Source of the DNA: Zygnema circumcarinatum SAG 698-1b
Taxonomy: Eukaryota > Plantae > Zygnematophyceae
NCBI GenBank assembly: GCA_037447605.1
Contig: CM074804.1
Location: 7,975,909-8,039,908, forward strand
Length of the DNA: 64,000 nt
Reading direction: 5' to 3'
Below are positions 62,685 through 64,000 of this stretch, piece after piece (positions within the stretch are counted from its first letter, which is position 1; each line of letters begins with the position of its first letter). Position numbers and translations under genes: made by a program. Under the pieces are notes generated by a model. It worked only from the letters and a program-made list of their open reading frames with translations, did no database searches and was not told the origin of the DNA.

Positions 62685-63981
62685 TCAGACGTCGTGAAGT
62701 CTCTGCCTCATCCTGTGCGCAAGAGTGGCCGGGGCGCAATCTATAGCTGTCTCTCCTGCAAAACAAACATAAAACAAACATCAAACCAATAAGTCGAGGC
62801 CAGAGAAGCAGCCACACACACAGCCAAGGGGAAAGAGTTCAGATTCGAGATGCCAAAAATGCACGTGTTTATGGATTGAATAAGATTCAAGCTGGAGACA
62901 TGCCTCGAAATGAGGATAAGTCAACTGTGACAGAAAAAACAGAGGAAAGGAAGGAAGCGCACCTTGCGCATTTTGGGCTTGTGGATTGGCTCCTGCATCG
63001 AGGAGGAGAAGCACGATCTCTGTCTGATTGAACATGGCTGCCTGCAATCCAGCCCAGCGTTTCCATTCATGCAAACATGCCTAGAATAGCAGTCATCAGA
63101 AAGAGACACTAAGAATGTCTGGGACTCCGGTTATACGTTTCAATGCCATAACCAGACAACCCAGCCATAGAAATCATAGGAATAGCACCTCCTTTTGCAG
63201 CAGCAACTTCCTATCATAAGATGTTGACATGCGTGAGTTTCATTGGTGACTAGAATACAGCAAAGGTCACTTACATGTAAACCCAAACCAGGCCAAGAAA
63301 TCTACCAAAACAGAACAGAGAAGTACTCACCAAATGCAGCAGCGGGAGGCCCTGCCGATCAACGTAGTGAGGACTCACCCCCTGTAAATGCATGATTACG
63401 ACTATCAATTATTCATTAGATTAATCGAAATTGTGCTCAAAGGGCACCTATAACACGAAGTGCTTGGTTGCACTCCTCATCCATCATCACGATAAAGCCT
63501 CCAGCTCACAGTGCAATTATGCATAGGACAGATGTTCAACAAGACAATTGTCACTAAATAACAATATAGTTCAGAAAGAGACGCGATATGCATGTGTGTT
63601 GGTCTGACCAAGCTCACGAATGCAAGATTTTTAAGGTTAACGTATGTGGATCCAACTGTGACCACCTATCACAAAATGCAGCCCAAACCACCTTCTTATT
63701 TGTTTGCTTCCCTCTGATTTCCGTTGGCGCAAACAGGTCTCGCTTACTCGCTCCAGAAGGCTCTTCACTCCAGACAAGTCCCCGTTCTTCACCGCTTCTC
63801 TCAGCCCCTGCCATCCTCCTGTTTTATGCTTCAGCCACTACTGGGGCCTCCATTCATCAACATTGCCAGCATTCAAAGTGAACATTCCCCACCATTGGGC
63901 AGTTATGAAGCCCCGGCCGGGCTCTACTGCTCCAATCTTCAACCTTAAAGTTCAGCCTTACCGTAGGCAAAGCGATCCTCG
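62685..63981 (-). CDS. Ankyrin-repeat protein, 3' part; 5' end lies beyond the window
   Basis: Exons 63981-63962, about 63817-63747, about 63382-63331, about 63048-62967 and about 62756-62685 give EDRFAYGGWQGLREAVKNGDLSGVKSLLERGVSPHYVDRQGLPLLHLAAMFNQTEIVLLLLDAGANPQAQNAQGETAIDCAPATLAHRMRQRLHDV*. Confidence 0.85.
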
Positions 63982-64000
63982 CTAAATTGTGTTGCAAAGA

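Overview
Gene-dense nuclear DNA of a green plant, most likely a streptophyte alga or early-diverging land plant. This is an inference from the plant-type TTTAGGG repeats, short spliceosomal introns and streptophyte gene families. I reconstructed 13 protein-coding genes by hand from splice sites and translation: serine acetyltransferase (-, partial), FKBP19 (-), NADP-malic enzyme (+), an LRB/POB1-like BTB-BACK protein (-), WDR75/UTP17 (+), a COX7c-like protein (-), a RING-H2 E3 ligase (+), INO80 (+), a DCC thiol-disulfide oxidoreductase (+), a UBL-LRR protein (-), an organellar RAD52-like protein (-), organellar glutamate-tRNA ligase (+) and an ankyrin protein (-, partial). I found no tRNA, rRNA, transposase or CRISPR. 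Most long ORFs in the track are spliced fragments or GA/CT microsatellite artefacts. The most unusual non-coding signals are: (1) a very dense GTAC/SBP-box (copper-response-like) cluster in the divergent promoter of the COX7c-like and RING genes; (2) the first WDR75 coding exon bracketed by oppositely oriented telomere-type repeats, followed by a 45-bp G-rich minisatellite; (3) a strand-specific miRNA-like hairpin at about 55983-56097; (4) a uORF whose stop overlaps a candidate INO80 start codon (TGATG). All functional readings of these are untested hypotheses. Family assignments rest on remembered motifs, not database searches.
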